Assembly: GCA_000993205.1 (NCBI GenBank)
Contig: LBVU01000004.1
Coordinates: forward strand, 27,338-91,337
Source of the DNA: Candidatus Woesebacteria bacterium GW2011_GWB1_39_10
Lineage (GTDB): Bacteria; Patescibacteriota; Microgenomatia; UBA8517
Direction: 5' to 3'
DNA: 64,000 bases
The notes under the pieces were generated by a model. That model ran no database searches, had not been told where the DNA came from, and worked only from the letters and a program-made list of their open reading frames with translations. A program made the translations under genes and the position numbers. Shown one piece after another: positions 1 through 9,170 of this stretch; position 1 is the stretch's first letter; the number at the start of each line of letters is the position of its first letter.

Positions 1-796
1 TGTCCTTAATAACATACTCCCCTCCTTTGTAAAAAGAATTGGCAGCTACATCTAGTCCCAAAAAAACATCGCGTCCCAATGAATATTTTGTTTGTTTAAT
101 CGACTCTACAAATACCTCAAAAGCGTCCGCGTTAGTAAAAAGGTTGGGTGCATAACCCCCCTCGTGCCCCACTGAATGAATCGCTCCGCGTCTTGCTAAA
201 TTTTCACCGATGCTTAGATAAACTTCAGCTCCAATCTGAAGTCCCTCAGTAAAGGTTTTATTGCTGGCGGGAATGCACCAAAATTCTTGAAAATCCAGAT
301 TTCCCGCTCCATGAAGACCTCCGTTAATCATATTAAAAAGAGGGATGGGCATCTTTACACTTTTGGTTATTCCACCTTTTGAGGCTAAAGCAAAAATCCA
401 AGCATAAAGTTGTTGACCGAGCGCGGCAGCTCCTGCTTTGGCTACACCCTGCGAGATGGATAGAATTGCATTTGCCCCATATTTACTTTTATTTTCCGTA
501 CCGTCAATTTCAATCAAACGTTTATCTATTCCAAACTGATCTGTGGGGTCCATCCCAAGTATTGCCTGCCCTAAAACAGAATTAACGTTTTCTACAGCTT
601 TTAACACCCCTTGACCCAAATATCTCGGATTGTCCGCATCTCTTAACTCAAGCGCCTCATGCGTGCCTGTTGAGGTTCCGGCAGGAACGGCGGACACGGA
701 AACTATGCCGTTATCAAGCATACATGCGGTTTCAACAGTAGGCACTCCGCGACTGTCCAATATTTCCCTGGCCCAAACTTTAGATATTTTTGCCAT
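1..796 (-). CDS. eno: Enolase (5' part; runs off the window start)
   Basis: Reverse strand from CAT at 794-796 reads MAKISKVWAREILDSRGVPTVE...VPAGTSTGTHEALELRD...NMINGGLHG...DFQEF...GHEGG, which are enolase motifs. Not in the ORF track because it is truncated. Confidence 0.93.
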   Translation of the reverse strand, partial: MAKISKVWAREILDSRGVPTVETACMLDNGIVSVSAVPAGTSTGTHEALELRDADNPRYLGQGVLKAVENVNSVLGQAILGMDPTDQFGIDKRLIEIDGTENKSKYGANAILSISQGVAKAGAAALGQQLYAWIFALASKGGITKSVKMPIPLFNMINGGLHGAGNLDFQEFWCIPASNKTFTEGLQIGAEVYLSIGENLARRGAIHSVGHEGGYAPNLFTNADAFEVFVESIKQTKYSLGRDVFLGLDVAANSFYKGGEYVIKD

Positions 797-805
797 AATT
801 TTTGA

Positions 806-3085
806 TTATATTTCTTTTTCTGCTTCCGCAACTACGCCCCTAACTCTGTTTATTGAATCCGGATTGATTGACAAACTTGTAATTCCCCATCTTACCAATT
901 TTTTAACTAAATCCTCATACGTGCTTGGGGCTTGCCCACAAATTGAACTGGTTACTCCGGCAGCATTGCATTTTGTTATAACCCGTTTAAGAGCCCACAA
1001 AACCGCGGGGGATCTTTCATTAAATTCCTGCGCCACTTCAGAATTATCTCGATCCGTACCCTGCATAAGCATGGTCAAATCATTACTGCCGATAGAGACT
1101 CCGTCGATTCCCACCTTAATAAAATCTTCTATTTGGATAACATTAACAGGAATTTCAACCATCATCCAAAATTTGAAGGATGATTTTTCAAAAAGCCCCT
1201 CAGTTGCTACGAGCCTTCTAACTTTTGCAAGCTCCTCAGGAGATCTTACAAAAGGAATCATCAAATGTAAATTGTCATATTTTTCGCGCACTCTTTTTAT
1301 AGCCGCAAGTTCCAAGTTAAACACCTCCGGGCTAGACACATAACGGAATGCGCCGCGGAACCCTAACATGGGATTGGGTTCTACAGGCTCCCAAGTCGCG
1401 CCCCCTTTTAGACTTCTATATTCGTTTGTTTTGAAATCAGTTGCTCTGTAAGTAACAGGTCTGGGATAGAAAGCCTTACAAAAGGTAGTTAAATCGTCCG
1501 CCAACTTATCGATAAAAATATCCTGCTTCTTGTCGGCAATGGCCTGTTTGGGATGGATACCGATGTTAGCAATCATGAATTCAGCCCTAAGTAGTCCCAC
1601 GCCGTCTACATACTGTTTAGCGATCTCCTGAGCGCGTTCCGGTTCAGCCAAATTCACATAAATTTTGGTGGCTGTTTTTGTCTTGACTATTTTCTCTTTG
1701 AGCTTGATTGCGGCTTCCTGCTTAACAGTTTTTGCGCCGACAAAAACCTGTCCCAGGGCGCCGTCAACCGTGACAATGGATCCTTCTTTTAGTTTTGATG
1801 TTCCGTCATGCGTACCGACGACGCAAGGAATACCGAGTTCTCTTGAAACTATGGCAGCGTGTGAAGTTTGACCACCTTCGTCAGTTACAATCGCAGCGGC
1901 CTTTTTCATAGCCGGAACATAATCAGGAGAAGTCATGGGGGCCACCAACACATCTCCTTTTTGCACTTTACCGATTTCTTTGGGTCTTTTAAGGATTTTT
2001 ACTGGGCCAGTTCCGAGGCCCGGGGAAGCAGCAGCACCTGTGACAATCGGTATTTCTGTTGTTTTAACAAACCCCATACCTTTTTGTGTTTTGACCGCCT
2101 TAGCCTCACTCCTATCTACCGCCGAAATAGTGGTAATCGGCCTTGTTTGAACAATATACAGTTTACCTTTTTCTTTTGCCCACTCGCAATCCTGAGGAAA
2201 ATAATAATGCTTTTGAAGTTTGTCCGCATACTTTGCCAATTCCACTATTTCCCCGTCGGTAATTTTTTGTTTATCCCGAAGTTTCTGAGGGACTTCTCTC
2301 TCGATTGTTTTTCCACCCTCTTTGGTTAATTGGATGCTCTGATCCGAAATTTCCTTGGAGAGGATAGCAAACGTTCCCTTTTGAACAACATAATTATCAG
2401 GTACTACTGAGCCCTGAACTATCATTTCCCCAAGACCCCAAACAGATTCTATTAGAATTCTTTCTTTATCGTTTTTAACAGGATCAATGGAGAACATGAC
2501 ACCGCTTACCTCGCTCTGAACCATTTTCATAACTATCACAGAAATTTTTACACTTTCATGCTTAATCTTATTTTCCACGCGGTAAAAAATTGATCTCGGG
2601 GTAAAAAGTGACGCCCAACATTCGCGTACATTTACAAGAAGGTTGGCATCTCCTTGAACGTTTAAAAAACTGGCCTGTTGCCCCGCAAACGATGTATCTC
2701 CGGAATCTTCTGCGGTAGCAGACGATCTGACAGCTACCAATGCTTTTTTAAATACTCCTGAAAGTTTTTTGTATGAGGCGATGATCGCCTGTGAGACGTC
2801 GTCGGGGAACTTTCCGTTAACTACCATCTTTTGAATTTTGGCAGATACGTCTCCAAGTTGAATCGGATCGTTTACATCTGTTACGCTTAGAATCTCATAA
2901 ATTTTCTTTGCTATTTCGTTTTCCGCCAAAAAGGCGTCATAAGCATTAATTGTAATTGCAAACCCATTGGGAACCGGAAACCCGGCCTTTGCCATTTCGC
3001 CAAGATTGGCACCCTTGCCGCCTACCAAGGGAGTGTCGTGTTTATCGATATCCTTGAAGAATTTAATTACAGGCAGTGTAACCAT
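806..3085 (-). CDS. ppsA: Phosphoenolpyruvate synthase (pyruvate, water dikinase)
   Basis: VGGKGANLGE, AVRSSATAED, SFAGQ, phospho-His motif GGQTSHAAIVSRELG, EPNPMLGFRG, SIGSNDLT. Confidence 0.95.
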   Translation of the reverse strand: MVTLPVIKFFKDIDKHDTPLVGGKGANLGEMAKAGFPVPNGFAITINAYDAFLAENEIAKKIYEILSVTDVNDPIQLGDVSAKIQKMVVNGKFPDDVSQAIIASYKKLSGVFKKALVAVRSSATAEDSGDTSFAGQQASFLNVQGDANLLVNVRECWASLFTPRSIFYRVENKIKHESVKISVIVMKMVQSEVSGVMFSIDPVKNDKERILIESVWGLGEMIVQGSVVPDNYVVQKGTFAILSKEISDQSIQLTKEGGKTIEREVPQKLRDKQKITDGEIVELAKYADKLQKHYYFPQDCEWAKEKGKLYIVQTRPITTISAVDRSEAKAVKTQKGMGFVKTTEIPIVTGAAASPGLGTGPVKILKRPKEIGKVQKGDVLVAPMTSPDYVPAMKKAAAIVTDEGGQTSHAAIVSRELGIPCVVGTHDGTSKLKEGSIVTVDGALGQVFVGAKTVKQEAAIKLKEKIVKTKTATKIYVNLAEPERAQEIAKQYVDGVGLLRAEFMIANIGIHPKQAIADKKQDIFIDKLADDLTTFCKAFYPRPVTYRATDFKTNEYRSLKGGATWEPVEPNPMLGFRGAFRYVSSPEVFNLELAAIKRVREKYDNLHLMIPFVRSPEELAKVRRLVATEGLFEKSSFKFWMMVEIPVNVIQIEDFIKVGIDGVSIGSNDLTMLMQGTDRDNSEVAQEFNERSPAVLWALKRVITKCNAAGVTSSICGQAPSTYEDLVKKLVRWGITSLSINPDSINRVRGVVAEAEKEI

Positions 3086-3097
3086 ACAAATATATAT

Positions 3098-3124
3098 TAA
3101 AAGGTAAAAGGTAAAAGGTAAAGA
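3098..3124. repeat. Heptamer tandem repeat (TAAAAGG)x3+
   Basis: taaaagg taaaagg taaaagg taaaga; the same unit occurs inverted inside polX at 21990-22021. Confidence 0.8.
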
Positions 3125-3223
3125 GGCTAATATAGCTATCTATCCAAATCTCACCTTTACAGTTCTTTACCACGCTTTACTATCTTTACCGCTTTGTGTT
3201 TATTCTTAATATCATATCTCGTC

Positions 3224-3251
3224 TACTACCATAATTCGAATTATGGTAGTA
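3224..3251. repeat. Perfect 28-bp palindrome upstream of the TrpR-like gene
   Basis: TACTACCATAATTCGAATTATGGTAGTA, ending 6 nt before ATG 3258. Confidence 0.92.
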
Positions 3252-3257
3252 TAAATT

Positions 3258-3698
3258 ATGTCGCAAGTTTCCAAACATTTTATGAGTTCCAAAATTTCCG
3301 AAAAAGTATATGGCGTTTTTATTAATTGCATTAAAAGTTCAAAATCTCAAACAGAAACAGTCGAATTTTTGAACGATCTTCTTTCTCCTCCCGAAAAGAC
3401 AATGTTGGCAAAACGCGTCGCTATAGCTTTTATGCTCCTTGAAAACAAATACACATATGAGGAAATTTCCAACACTTTAAAGATAAGTTTTGGCACAATC
3501 GCTAAAGTAAATTCGGCTTTCGCATTAAAAGGAAATGGCTATAAAAAGATTATCGGAAATTTTGTATTGAAAAAATCGATACGAAACTCTTTGTCTGAAT
3601 TTTTAGATTTGATAAAACCATCAACAAGAACATTGATGGGAGAAGTATTTCTTAAGCCTAAAATCAAATCAAAATTAAAACGCGAGGAACCACTATAA
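3258..3698 (+). CDS. TrpR/YerC-YecD-like helix-turn-helix protein
   Basis: FLNDLLSPPEKTMLAKRVAIAFML...YTYEEISNTLKISFGTIAKV matches the Trp-repressor family pattern. Confidence 0.8.
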   Translation: MSQVSKHFMSSKISEKVYGVFINCIKSSKSQTETVEFLNDLLSPPEKTMLAKRVAIAFMLLENKYTYEEISNTLKISFGTIAKVNSAFALKGNGYKKIIGNFVLKKSIRNSLSEFLDLIKPSTRTLMGEVFLKPKIKSKLKREEPL

Positions 3699-3701
3699 AC
3701 C

Positions 3702-3727
3702 ACTACCATAATTCGAATTATGGTAGT
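3702..3727. repeat. Perfect 26-bp palindrome downstream of the TrpR-like gene
   Basis: ACTACCATAATTCGAATTATGGTAGT, identical to 3225-3250, 3 nt after the stop codon. Confidence 0.92.
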
Positions 3728-3760
3728 AAATAGAACGCAGGGAGTATAATATACATAGTT

Positions 3761-4318
3761 ATGATCACTGAAAATATCATCGAGAGAGTCACAAAATTTC
3801 AGGAAGTATTGAAGGCCTTTCCGGAATTTAAATATTTAGGTGATCCTATTTTGAGAACTCCTACACAGCCCGTAGAATTGGAGGAAGGTTTTATAATTGG
3901 TAAAAAGTTAGGTGAAATTCTTATAAATTATAGAAAATTAACCGGTATTGGCAGAGGCCTCGCGGCCCCTCAAATTGGGATTGCAAGATCTGTTTTCACC
4001 ACCTATTTAGATGATAAAATTCAAATATATATAAATCCAAAAATAGTAAGCTCATCAAACAAATCCAATCTTTACCGGGAGTTATGTTTAAGTTCAGGTA
4101 TTATGTGGGCAGACGTTGAGAGACCTGTTTCTATCAAAATAGAGTGGATAAACGAATTAGGAGTAAAAGAAGATAAAGTTTTTGATAGTTTTATGGCTAG
4201 ACTTTTACAACATGAGGAGGCTCATTTGCGTGGTATTTGTAATTTAGATCAGGCTGTTGCGGGAACTATTGAAATACAACTAAGCGATCCACTTCAAGAA
4301 AAAATAAGAGAGAAATAA
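3761..4318 (+). CDS. def: Peptide deformylase
   Basis: GLAAPQIG, E(L)CLS and QHEEAHL motifs. Confidence 0.88.
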   Translation: MITENIIERVTKFQEVLKAFPEFKYLGDPILRTPTQPVELEEGFIIGKKLGEILINYRKLTGIGRGLAAPQIGIARSVFTTYLDDKIQIYINPKIVSSSNKSNLYRELCLSSGIMWADVERPVSIKIEWINELGVKEDKVFDSFMARLLQHEEAHLRGICNLDQAVAGTIEIQLSDPLQEKIREK

Positions 4319-4319
4319 A

Positions 4320-5393
4320 TCAGTGCACGGGCTGGAAGAGTTTATTTTTAAGTTCAATAATCCAAGGCTCTGGGCCGGGATCAACTCCTTCCAAAATGGA
4401 AAGATAGTACCCAATCCACGCACAAAGATGTGGGATTTCCAAAGCCTGGGATAGCTCACTTTTGCACCTTAACTCATAACTCTTATATGACAGGCCTTGT
4501 TTTTCAAAAAGTTCTTTTGTCACCCCATATCTAAGTTTTACCCTTTCGTGATTAAAAGAACTTTCCAAAAATAAATATTTGATTTTATCTTTTGCAAAAT
4601 CGGGTTTAAGAGTCGCCTCCACCATTACATGGTCAACTTCCGGAAAATCAAAGAAAAGGCCGAAAGTTCGCCCTACTTCACAAATAACATTCCTCCCCGC
4701 GTTAAGTGAACCTATAAAAGGCCTTCCCCCGAAGAGGGCAGGAATTGCGCCATGAAACCATTCAGCTAATTCTTTGGCCAAGTTATCTTTTGTGAGAATT
4801 TCGGGTAGCCAATTTCGTCTGACGTCTTCCAGATCGGCTAGAGCTGCCATTACGTCCTCCTTAAAATACGGAATAACCCCCGCTTTAGCTAAAACACCAA
4901 GAAGAGCCCCAAGGGAGACGCCAAGTCCCGTTTTTGGGTAACCTGTGCGATTTGTATCTCCCGGAGTAACCACCGCCCCTTCTATCTCACCCGATTTAAT
5001 CATTTCGGCGATTTTTCCTCCTGTGGAAACTCCCAGAGTTTTTGATCCTCTTTTTTTTGCCTCCGTTATCGCCGACAAAGTTTCCTCGGTGTTGCCTGAG
5101 TAAGAATTGGCTATAACCAAAGTATCTGAATCTACCCAGCCGGGAAGTCCGTAATCGTTATATAAAACAAAGGGAAATTTCGAATCCTTCTGCATTAAAC
5201 TTTCGATTATTTTGGCCGCATTAGAAGACCCCCCCATGCCGCTAACAAGAACCGATTTAAACTCTATCATAGGAATATCAGCGTTAGTAGCTTGGGTAAA
5301 GCATTCACGGATCTGGTCCGGAAAAAGCGCCAAAGCTTTACCCACCTTCATTGGATCTATTTTTTCAAAATCGCTAAAATTATCTAAATTCAT
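4320..5393 (-). CDS. Bifunctional phosphoglucose/phosphomannose isomerase (SIS family)
   Basis: GMGGS, NSYSGNTEETLS, STGGK, FPEVDH, GVDPGP. Confidence 0.85.
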   Translation of the reverse strand: MNLDNFSDFEKIDPMKVGKALALFPDQIRECFTQATNADIPMIEFKSVLVSGMGGSSNAAKIIESLMQKDSKFPFVLYNDYGLPGWVDSDTLVIANSYSGNTEETLSAITEAKKRGSKTLGVSTGGKIAEMIKSGEIEGAVVTPGDTNRTGYPKTGLGVSLGALLGVLAKAGVIPYFKEDVMAALADLEDVRRNWLPEILTKDNLAKELAEWFHGAIPALFGGRPFIGSLNAGRNVICEVGRTFGLFFDFPEVDHVMVEATLKPDFAKDKIKYLFLESSFNHERVKLRYGVTKELFEKQGLSYKSYELRCKSELSQALEIPHLCAWIGYYLSILEGVDPGPEPWIIELKNKLFQPVH

Positions 5394-6172
5394 GATGAGT
5401 TAATAATATCAGTAAGTTGCTCATAAATAAACTTATTATTCGCAACAATGAAAGTTCCATCGTCAAATACTTTAATTAACGCTCCAGCCTCATTTGCAAT
5501 TAAAAGTCCCGTAACTAGATCGTGATGGTGGGGCGGGTTGGTTAAATTGATATACGCCTCAACTCCTCCTCGAGCCAAAAAGCATAAAGCGATATTGCTA
5601 CTGTTGTCTTGACGTATTCTGTAACACTTTTCGGAAATATTTTTCATCGCATTCCATCCTTTTTCATAATTAACGAATTTACGATTTTTTGTAGGTATAT
5701 AAAATCCAATATACGAAGATTCCATCTGTTTTTGACTTGAAATATTTATTTTGTTTCCATTTATAAAAGCGCCTCTTCCGGAACTTGCGCTATATAGCTC
5801 GTCCGTAGCGGGAAGGTAAATTACCCCTACAACAGCCTTTCCATTATATTCCAAGCAAATGCTTACATTATAAAGTGGAATCCCTCGAACATAAGATTTT
5901 GTTCCATCCAAAGGGTCTATTACCCATCTATAATCCGATTTGTTGTCGATTTCAGGGCTTTCTTCGGAGAAAATTGAATGGTCCGGATATTTTTTGGTTA
6001 TTTCATCAATAATATATTTTTCTGAAGCCAGATCAGCGGTTGTTGCAATATCTTGAATATCTTTTTGTTTAACTATCCTTGCATCTTTTTGGAGATCAAG
6101 AAGAATTTTACCTGCGTTAACAGCCAGCTTTTCTGCAAAATTTTTGAATTCTATGTAATTATTCGAGGGCAT
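5390..6172 (-). CDS. suhB: Inositol monophosphatase / FBPase-IMPase family
   Basis: SEE, WVIDPLDGTKSY, D-x-x-G-x-LIANEAG. Confidence 0.8.
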   Translation of the reverse strand: MPSNNYIEFKNFAEKLAVNAGKILLDLQKDARIVKQKDIQDIATTADLASEKYIIDEITKKYPDHSIFSEESPEIDNKSDYRWVIDPLDGTKSYVRGIPLYNVSICLEYNGKAVVGVIYLPATDELYSASSGRGAFINGNKINISSQKQMESSYIGFYIPTKNRKFVNYEKGWNAMKNISEKCYRIRQDNSSNIALCFLARGGVEAYINLTNPPHHHDLVTGLLIANEAGALIKVFDDGTFIVANNKFIYEQLTDIINSS

Positions 6173-7598
6173 GAATATTAACCCCAGCCGACCAATCGAT
6201 TTCTGGATATTTCTTTAAAATTTCTCTGATTTTCACCTTTAATGAGTCGTACTGTGCCTGAGTTTTACCTTCAAACTTAACTGTAATATACGGCCCATTT
6301 TGGCTAGCGCGGATTATAACCATTTCATCTTTTGTGTCAGCTCTAAATCCATCAATATCCACATATGATGCGTTTGAAAAAATATTTTTAACGTCTAAAC
6401 TAATATTTTCATTAATAAGTTTAAATTTGAGATCGTCAGCAAGTCCTAATTTTATTTCCGGACTTGAGATATATTTAGGGATTTGCCCAACAGCCTCTTT
6501 TAAGGAAAGCTTTTTACGCTTCAAGTAATCAAGAAGTCTTAAAGTTGCAAAAGAAGTATCGTCATGACCGTAAAAGCTATCCATAAAGAATATGTGTCCG
6601 GAAAGCTCCCCCCCGAACGGAGATCTTGATTCTTTAACTTTCGCTTTAATAAAACTGTGTCCTGTAAGCCACATAACTGGTTTACCCCCCGATGAGGTTA
6701 TGACATCTGAAGTCGCTTTTGAACACAACGTGTTAAATATTATTGGGGCGCCTGGCATATATTCCAAGATATCCTTGGCGTAAATTGCAACCAAGACATC
6801 ATTCCATATTAAATTGCCTTCCCCATCGACTATCCCAATACGGTCGCCGTCCGGATCATACGAAACTCCAAAATCCGCCTTTTCTTTTACAACTCTTTTA
6901 GCCAACCTTTCTTGCGCCTCGCGCTCAGTCGGATCTGGCGTGCCTAGCGGGAAATTTCCGTCCAAATTCGTATTTTGTTCAATTACTGTACAGCCGGCCC
7001 TACGTATGATTTCCGGCAAAAACATGCTTGCGGTAGCATTTAAGCCATCGACCACAACCTTCAGACCGCTGTCGGTAAGCGGAATCTTATTAAACAGATC
7101 CTCTACATAAAACGGGAACGCATCCTCTTGTTTGTAAGTCGCTTTTCTATCGAAAGATCTAAATTCTCCCGATTCTGTAATCTTTCTAATTTGTTGCACC
7201 TCATCTGTTAACAAAGTGTCTGAAAACCCAGCTGCCAATTTTAATCCATTGTAATTTTTAGGATTGTGGGAGGCAGTTACCATTGCCCCGCCTTTTGAAA
7301 GATAGTGGTACTGAGCAAAATACAAAATCTGAGAAAGCGTCAGCCCTATATCTATAACGTCAACTCCCGAATCCAAAAGAGCCTTCACAAAAGATTTTTG
7401 GAATTTCTCAGAAGTTAACCTAACATCGCGTCCGACTACTGCCATGCTAATTCTTCTTTCATATAAAAATGTGGCATAGGCTTTACCTAACGTGTAATAA
7501 ACATCTTCATTCAAGTCTTTGTCTACCACACCGCGAATATCGTAACCTCTGAAGATTTCCGGGTTGATATTTTTTACCAGTTTCATTGATGCTGTCAT
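6159..7598 (-). CDS. Phosphomannomutase/phosphoglucomutase
   Basis: FRGYDIRG, TASHNP, DPDGDR, GGELSGH, IRASQ. Confidence 0.9.
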   Translation of the reverse strand: MTASMKLVKNINPEIFRGYDIRGVVDKDLNEDVYYTLGKAYATFLYERRISMAVVGRDVRLTSEKFQKSFVKALLDSGVDVIDIGLTLSQILYFAQYHYLSKGGAMVTASHNPKNYNGLKLAAGFSDTLLTDEVQQIRKITESGEFRSFDRKATYKQEDAFPFYVEDLFNKIPLTDSGLKVVVDGLNATASMFLPEIIRRAGCTVIEQNTNLDGNFPLGTPDPTEREAQERLAKRVVKEKADFGVSYDPDGDRIGIVDGEGNLIWNDVLVAIYAKDILEYMPGAPIIFNTLCSKATSDVITSSGGKPVMWLTGHSFIKAKVKESRSPFGGELSGHIFFMDSFYGHDDTSFATLRLLDYLKRKKLSLKEAVGQIPKYISSPEIKLGLADDLKFKLINENISLDVKNIFSNASYVDIDGFRADTKDEMVIIRASQNGPYITVKFEGKTQAQYDSLKVKIREILKKYPEIDWSAGVNIHALE

Positions 7599-8269
7599 TT
7601 TAATCGTTTAATCATCAACAGGTCAAGCGCGGTAACTAAATCGCTTTTTCTTGTCTTTACTTCAATGTCAATTTCCGACATTCTTTCAATTAGACCCTTT
7701 AATTGTTCTTCCGAATATTTTGAACTTTGAACTTTTAACTTTGCGCTTCTCCAAGTCGGATACGGCATTGAATTTGAATCGACTTTCGCCCAATATAAAT
7801 CACGGAAAAGTTTGGCAATAAGAGTAAAAATAAATTCCGGAGCGTCTCTCTCTATAATCTTATGAAACTCCAGTATAGCTTGTTTGGAATTTCCCGGGTA
7901 GATATGTTCCAAAAAAGTCCAGATGATAACCGGCAATTTAAACTCTTCAATTTTGACATCTTTTGGAAGAGACGAAAGAAGAGTCTTTGGAATATAACCC
8001 TCATGATAAACAATCAGATTGCCCGGAAGATCGGTATATTTCTTATTTAGCCATTCAATTTCTTTTTTTCCCAGTCTTTTAATATCCCTTAGAACAAAGA
8101 ATCTCTCGTTGGAAAAAAGTGAAGTGGAAGATAATGTTTCTTGTAATTTGATAGAAGGATTATCCAAATAGTCAACTTCCCAACTTCTACCGCGTGCAGT
8201 TTCTACAAATTTTTGCAAACGGGCATATGATTTTCTCTCGTCATCACCATGTAAGATTATTGTCTTCAT
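7595..8269 (-). CDS. holA: DNA polymerase III delta (HolA)-like protein
   Basis: IILHGDD start, SLFS...FFVL, C-terminal IDIEVKT...LDLL; divergent. Confidence 0.6.
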   Translation of the reverse strand: MKTIILHGDDERKSYARLQKFVETARGRSWEVDYLDNPSIKLQETLSSTSLFSNERFFVLRDIKRLGKKEIEWLNKKYTDLPGNLIVYHEGYIPKTLLSSLPKDVKIEEFKLPVIIWTFLEHIYPGNSKQAILEFHKIIERDAPEFIFTLIAKLFRDLYWAKVDSNSMPYPTWRSAKLKVQSSKYSEEQLKGLIERMSEIDIEVKTRKSDLVTALDLLMIKRLK

Positions 8270-8294
8270 ATATAAATCGTTTCAAATGTTTTAT

Positions 8295-8369
8295 TGTCAT
8301 TGCGAGGCATCCGAAGCAATCTGTCCATGTCAGAGATTGCCTCGTCGCCTACCGCTCCTCGCAATGACA
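8295..8369. repeat. Intergenic palindromic element (GTCATTGCGAG...GCAATC...GATTGC...CTCGCAATGAC type)
   Basis: 13-bp terminal inverted arms TGTCATTGCGAGG / CCTCGCAATGACA with an internal GCAATCT/AGATTGC stem. Confidence 0.8.
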
Positions 8370-8380
8370 CAAGCCCCATA

Positions 8381-8797
8381 TTAATCAAAATTTTCAAAAT
8401 AACGCAGAACAAGCTCGTCTAACTTTTTACGAAAACTTCCTTTTTTTCTGTGAGTGTGGGGAACCAGGGCCCCTGAAAAATTATGAGGGATGTGTGTCAA
8501 CTCATGAAGAATAACCTTATCCTGATTTCTTTTATCCAATTTATCAAAATGTTCAGCCAGTACCTCAATAATATATCCAGGTTCTATCCCCAAGGACCTC
8601 TGCCAAAGAGCCGGCAAGCCCCACGTTCTTGCATATGCCCTAGCTTTGGAATCTGTAGATCTATAAAAAAAGAGACGCTCATACAAAATCCAATCCATTT
8701 TAAGCTCTGTTATCAGTTTAAGTGACCTTTTTGCAATATCCGGTGCATCCAACCATTCAACTGATTTTGAAGACTTCCGCTTTCTTTTTGACCTCAT
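8381..8797 (-). CDS. Putative metallopeptidase (HExxH)
   Basis: ILHELTHIP, ARTWGLP, YIIEVL. Confidence 0.7.
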   Translation of the reverse strand: MRSKRKRKSSKSVEWLDAPDIAKRSLKLITELKMDWILYERLFFYRSTDSKARAYARTWGLPALWQRSLGIEPGYIIEVLAEHFDKLDKRNQDKVILHELTHIPHNFSGALVPHTHRKKGSFRKKLDELVLRYFENFD

Positions 8798-8813
8798 GAC
8801 AACTCCAAGGATA

Positions 8814-9059
8814 TCACACTTTATATACTTCAGCTCCCTCTTTTACAACCTCTTGAGTTTTGAGACCAACCACTTCGCCTTTATTTGCTGAATCCTTCTT
8901 TTCATGCTCTACCTGGATAGAATCGACATTTTGTTCAAACAAAGTCTCTCCGTCCCTCATAAATTTAACTTCATCGTTAACAGAAAGAGTTCCGTCAAGT
9001 TCGATTATGGCAACCCCTAATTTATCGTAATAGTGAGTAACTTTACCTATTTTAAAAAT
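8814..9059 (-). CDS. Small beta-barrel protein (translation-factor-like / U32 peptidase C-terminal domain); probable ATT start
   Basis: Manual translation FKIGKVTHYYDKLGVAIIELDGTLSVNDEVKF...SIQVEHEKKDSANKGEVVGLKTQEVVKEGAEVYKV*; SD-like GGGGTGA upstream; absent from the ORF track. Confidence 0.8.
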   Translation of the reverse strand: MFKIGKVTHYYDKLGVAIIELDGTLSVNDEVKFMRDGETLFEQNVDSIQVEHEKKDSANKGEVVGLKTQEVVKEGAEVYKV

Positions 9060-9074
9060 AATTAATCACCCCAG

Positions 9075-9170
9075 TTCTAAATTCGAATATCGAAAATCGA
9101 ATGTTTAAAATTTAAAACATCTAAGCCTTCGTATTTGTTTTGGATTTGATATTTCGTGCTTCGGATTTAC
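9075..9170. repeat. Degenerate heptamer repeat tract (TTCGAA-core family) overlapping the ruvC 3' end
   Basis: ttctaaa ttcgaat atcgaaa atcgaat ... atttcgtgcttcggattt; an 18-mer is shared exactly with polX 21737-21754. Confidence 0.7.

Noticed and set aside
630-2329. Long plus-strand ORFs opposite eno/ppsA (likewise opposite obgE, guaB, ftsZ, ftsA)
   Set aside because: Antisense shadows of well-supported genes
3224-3727. CRISPR array or IS terminal inverted repeats
   Set aside because: Only two copies about 450 nt apart, no spacers or cas genes, and the enclosed ORF lacks transposase motifs
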